26,306 nt of DNA from Ginkgo biloba (lineage: Eukaryota; Plantae; Ginkgophyta): NCBI GenBank assembly GCA_024626585.2, contig JANKJI020000002.1, positions 266,404,485 to 266,430,790 on the forward strand, written 5' to 3'. The position numbers and the translations under genes were made by a program. Below the pieces are notes generated by a model. That model was given only the letters and a program-made list of their open reading frames with translations. It searched no databases and was not told where the DNA came from. Below are positions 22,299-26,306 of the stretch, piece after piece; within the stretch, counting starts at the first letter, position 1, and each line of letters starts with the position of its first letter.

Positions 22299-23342
22299 TG
22301 TCCATATTACCAGGGTACACCCATGGGTCAAGTCTCAAATTTTAATTTCTTTCAATATTTTCTATTATAATAAGAGAAATCACAACCATATTCTTGTAAA
22401 TCTTGGTACTTTTGTACATGTAATTTTGGATTTTATGTTAATGAAAATTTTCATTCTCATCATTTTCTTGAATTTCTCATGAGTTGAATGATAAAATATA
22501 ATTTTGAATCAAACACTACTGGTTCTTAGCTGTATTGGTATGAATGTTTTGTATCTAGTTATCGAGCACTATTGGTAATCGATCATAAAGTAATATCACT
22601 TGGTTACATTTCTTGGATTCTAGTTTTAAATCATGTATCAAGAACTACTTATGTGTGATTAGAGAATATTTCATAATGACTATGAGAATAAGTACATTCA
22701 TGTGTGTGATTTTCCTTATTTTCCTTTGTGTTTGATTCATAAATTGGAAGAATTAATATATTGTCTAGGGTCCAAATCCTTATTGCATCAAAAGAAACAA
22801 CCTTTTGATTTTAAACTTTGAGCGTTATTGGAGTTCACCACCTAAAAGATGCAACCTCCCAAAGAAGTAAGTGTTTTATTTTATATACTCTTTGAGCACT
22901 GTTGGAGAGTTATGAAGGAAAACCAATGATATGTCATATTACTTGGATATTTGAGCACTATTGGTGACTTTAGATTAAATTGACATGTTTGAGTTCCCAT
23001 GAAGGTTTGAAGTACCTAAAGAAAATCCTTTATAGCTATGAGAGGAATCCTTAAGAGGGTGTTTAAAATTGAGATATTCCTTACGAATCTTCCTCCTCCA
23101 TTATTACCCTTCAACCATGATTTGTTATTATTATTTTATTAGTTATTATAGCATATTACTATACCATTCCCCTTTGTTATTTTGCTCTCATGTCTACTTG
23201 TTGTCATTTAAAGTAGAATATAAATATCAAAACCTTGTGCATAGTGTAAGTATTCATTGTCAATATTACCATCCATCTATTTTTCATTTATTTTTAATTG
23301 TAATTTTTTCATTCATTTAGGTAATCTCCCCTTATAATAGCG
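22299..23342 (+). repeat. 3' LTR, Tat-type family (3' end lost in gap)
   Basis: Reverse-complement homology to 3040-4036 and 13806-14300, with repeated GAGCACT(A/G)TTGG motifs. Confidence 0.75.
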
Positions 23343-23799
23343 NNNNNNNNNNNNNNNNNNNNNNNNNNNNNNNNNNNNNNNNNNNNNNNNNNNNNNNNNN
23401 NNNNNNNNNNNNNNNNNNNNNNNNNNNNNNNNNNNNNNNNNNATATCAAAATAATATTAAATTTACCTCCAACATATACTTCTTATAAAGTTTGAATAAT
23501 AGTAAGGGGGAAATCACAATGGGTATAGATCAATGTTAACAACAACTTTTGTGAGATTGAGGGAAGTAATCTAAAACAATATGTCTTCCATAGTGATCAA
23601 ATTAAGAGGAGTAGGAAATAAAGAATCAATATGTTTGAGTGATGAGGCATTTAGTCCTACTAAAAAATCATGAAGGTATACATTAGTCGATGAAACTTTT
23701 ATTACTAATGTCTAGGATGGAGTTGGTGTAGCTAGTAGCGACATAATTAACACCATTACAAAGAGTAAGAGAATGGAATAGGTGGAATTGAAAAGAATT

Positions 23800-24340
23800 G
23801 TAGGATGAGGGGAGATATGATGTGGAAATAGATATTACTTCACTTAGTGATCTATAAGCCATGCAAACCCTACTTTATCTTATAAAGGTGAGTGGATTGA
23901 AATAGATCAATGGTCAAAACTCTATGTAATGCCTCTTATCATGATATAAATTTTTCCTAGTATGGCTTGACAATGGCTTAGGCTCATAAGGTCTGATGAA
24001 GAACTAATGATAGGAAGGAAACTGATTTAGCCTACATAGTTCCTTCCCATTGTTCCAAATATGAGATACATATTCCCTAGGTCTTAACTCTCCACTAGAG
24101 GTGAACCCAAGCATGAACATTGTGGAATGTGGCTCAATTTTCCAAATGTAAAATCTCATTGATATCATCGATCTAAGGCAGAGGATACCTCAAGCCAAGT
24201 ACAGATCTTAGTGGCTGTGAATAGTGGATATATCCTTCTTCAATCTATTATCCTAAGATGAAGAATGATATATATTGTGAATCATCTCCTTCCATTATAT
24301 ATGATTTTTGAACTAGGGGAATGTCCTATGATGTGACCAT
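23800..24340 (-). pseudogene. Degraded extra ORF downstream of integrase
   Basis: ATG ~155 nt after the pol stop. A single frame reads MVTS*DIPLVQKSYIMEGDDSQYISFFILG**IEEGYIHYSQPLRSVLGLRYPLP*IDDINEILHLE...HAWVHL*WRVK. Many stops; no domain recognised. Confidence 0.4.
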
Positions 24341-24495
24341 CATAATTTTTGTGCCTTATTGTAATCATTTCTTAATAATACAAAAAATATTACATGTTTT
24401 GACATTCTCTATCTCCTTAAAAAAGGTAAAAAAATAACTTTCACAATAACTACATATGTACAATTATTCACATATTTATAAATCTTCCTTTTCAT

Positions 24496-25730
24496 TCATA
24501 AAAGTAAATATTTAAGGTATTGCCCATTTACTAGGATAGAAATTCTAGTTCCATCTTCTCGAGTGATATTGANNNNNNNNNNNNNNNNNNNNNNNNNNNN
24601 NNNNNNNNNNNNNNNNNNNNNNNNNNNNNNNNNNNNNNNNNNNNNNNNNNNNNNNNNNNNNNNNNNNNNNNNNNNNNNNNNNNNNNNNNNNNNNNNNNNN
24701 NNNNNNNNNNNNNNNNNNNNNNNNNNNNNNNNNNNNNNNNNNNNNNNNNNNNNNNNNNNNNNNNNNNNNNNNNNNNNNNNNNNNNNNNNNNNNNNNNNNN
24801 NNNNNNNNNNNNNNNNNNNNNNNNNNNNNNNNNNTATAAAGGTGTTATTTGAACATGAATAAGTAAGAAAAAATATTTTCTAAACACTAGAGAATACGAT
24901 GAATAGTTAATCCCATACTTTGGAATGATCCTATTTGCCCATAAAGAATGATAGAGTTTGATATGCCGGTTGCTTTTATTCTCTTATATAGTTATCTTAA
25001 GAATATTGATAATATTATTATTGGTTGACTCTACCAACCCATTAACTTGATGACAATAGTTGGAGGAAGGAGTCATCATGATTCTGAAAGATTGGCAATA
25101 TGAGATCATATTAGCTAATATAAAATTTAACCCATCACCTAAGATAATTCATCTTGGTACTCTAAACCTTAACACTATATTACTTTTAAGGAATTCAATC
25201 ACTTCTTTAAGGATTCTCTTTTCAATGCAACTACTTCAGACCATTTGGTAAAATAATCTATCATAGTTAGTATATAAAGATGACCTTTGTTTGATGGAGA
25301 ATTGATCAGAATAATGAAGATACTCCATTACATAAAAGGATCTTTGATAGATATTGGTCAGAGTGGCATGGCAACTAACTTTTCATTCCCCACAAACATA
25401 TGATGAGGGGTGTAAGATCTAAATAGCTTGAAGGCATCTTAAAATAAAGTTGGCCAATAATATCCTACCTGAAGGATCTTATAGGAAGTGGATTATGAAG
25501 AATAATGTCCACCATAAACTACTGAATGGAATTTATTAGGACCCAATCAATTTTCTCTATACCAAGGAACCTCAACAACACACCATCATGAGCTTTTTGA
25601 AAAAGAATGTCATTTATCAAAACATAGAAAACAAATTTTAACTTTAATGCCATTTTCTACTCTTTGGTTAATCCTTATAAATATTTCCCATTTTGGAGAA
25701 AGTGTATAATTCCCTGATATATAGGATCTT
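24496..25730 (-). pseudogene. Integrase (zinc-binding, DDE core and C-terminus)
   Basis: YQGIIHFL, DGVLLRFL, YKILQVGYYWPTLF*DA, YILTMIDYFTKWSE, RFRVPR*II, NYCHQVNGLVESTN, SLWANRI, and C-terminal DG..ISILVNGQYLKY..*. Confidence 0.95.
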
Positions 25731-25809
25731 GATTAACAACTACCATAGTGATTTCAACAATTTTAGTTTGGTCATAAGCTACATTGATTGGTATTTCATT
25801 CACTAAAGC

Positions 25810-26306
25810 TACTACCAATTTTTACAAATCCTATCCCCTCACAATTATTATTGGTTTGATGTCGAAGTCATATTATTAGATCTTTAATACCTAATTATCC
25901 CATTTACCATTCAATTATTGTTCTCTTAACATCATCTTCATTAGAGTGATAGGTACATAAGTAATGGTGTGGTTTCTCAAAATGTATGGCATAAAATATT
26001 TAACAACTTTCACCAAGGTATAGGCCTACTTCTCAACTTTAGTGTACTTCAATTTGTAATCCTTAAACACCTTACTCATGAATGCAATGGGACGTTCATG
26101 GCCTTCATAATATTTTTAGAGTAGAGTGGTGGAAATGGTGTGCTCCAAATCATGTGAATATATAGCAAAATCCTTTTGATAATATGTTGCTACAAGTATA
26201 TGGTCCAATGTGAGAGAATTTTTTATTCTAAAAAAATCCTCCTTAGATTCTTTTATCTATTTAAACTCCACATTTTTATTCAACATTTGAGTGATTGGTT
26301 GAACAA
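25810..26306 (-). pseudogene. RT connection and Ty3/gypsy RNase H
   Basis: PITQMLNKNVEFK*, KDFAIYS..EHTIS..LL*K, EGHERPIAFMSK, KYTKVEK*AYTLVKVVKYF, KI**YDFDIKP..VRG*. Confidence 0.93.

Larger units (their letters stand above)
20135..23342 (+). mobile_element. 3' portion of a Tat-type element: long extra ORF, PPT, 3' LTR
   Basis: A degraded ORF ends at 22187, followed by a purine tract at 22289-22297 and a TG-starting repeat homologous to the LTR adjoining the Tat gag at 13806. Confidence 0.75.
23443..26306 (-). mobile_element. Tat-lineage Ty3/gypsy element, 3' half (RT end-RH-INT-extra ORF)
   Basis: Colinear minus-strand RH and integrase remnants running off the window end. Confidence 0.9.

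Noticed and set aside
22511-22964. CRISPR-like array of GAGCACT motifs
   Set aside because: The repeats are 12 bp, irregularly spaced and inside a eukaryotic LTR, with no cas genes.

Overview
An AT-rich, CpG-depleted window from a gap-ridden draft plant genome. The element types point to a gymnosperm, but that is inference. I see no intact host gene, RNA gene or CRISPR array; nearly everything recognisable is old, nested, stop-riddled retroelement debris. Contents: (1) remnants of one Ty3/gypsy Tat-type LTR family, with termini at 694, 3040 and ~13806 on the minus strand, a copy at 22299-23342 on the plus strand, and a related partial copy at 1-451; (2) a near full-length L1 LINE on + (~5069-9357) that has lost its RT core; (3) a minus-strand Tat element with the order LTR-PBS-gag-protease-archaeal-type RNase H-(RT); (4) chromovirus (Reina-like) protease/RT plus two related LTRs of different length, one with a tRNA-Met PBS and one with a PPT; (5) a second minus-strand Tat element with RH-integrase followed by an extra ORF. 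The most interesting signal is a large unidentified accessory ORF lying just before a PPT/3' LTR (the env-like position). It occurs in two diverged copies (20999-21277 + and 17101-17387 -) that are clearly conserved at protein level and contain a coiled-coil-like segment. All translations and alignments were done by eye, and boundaries are approximate.
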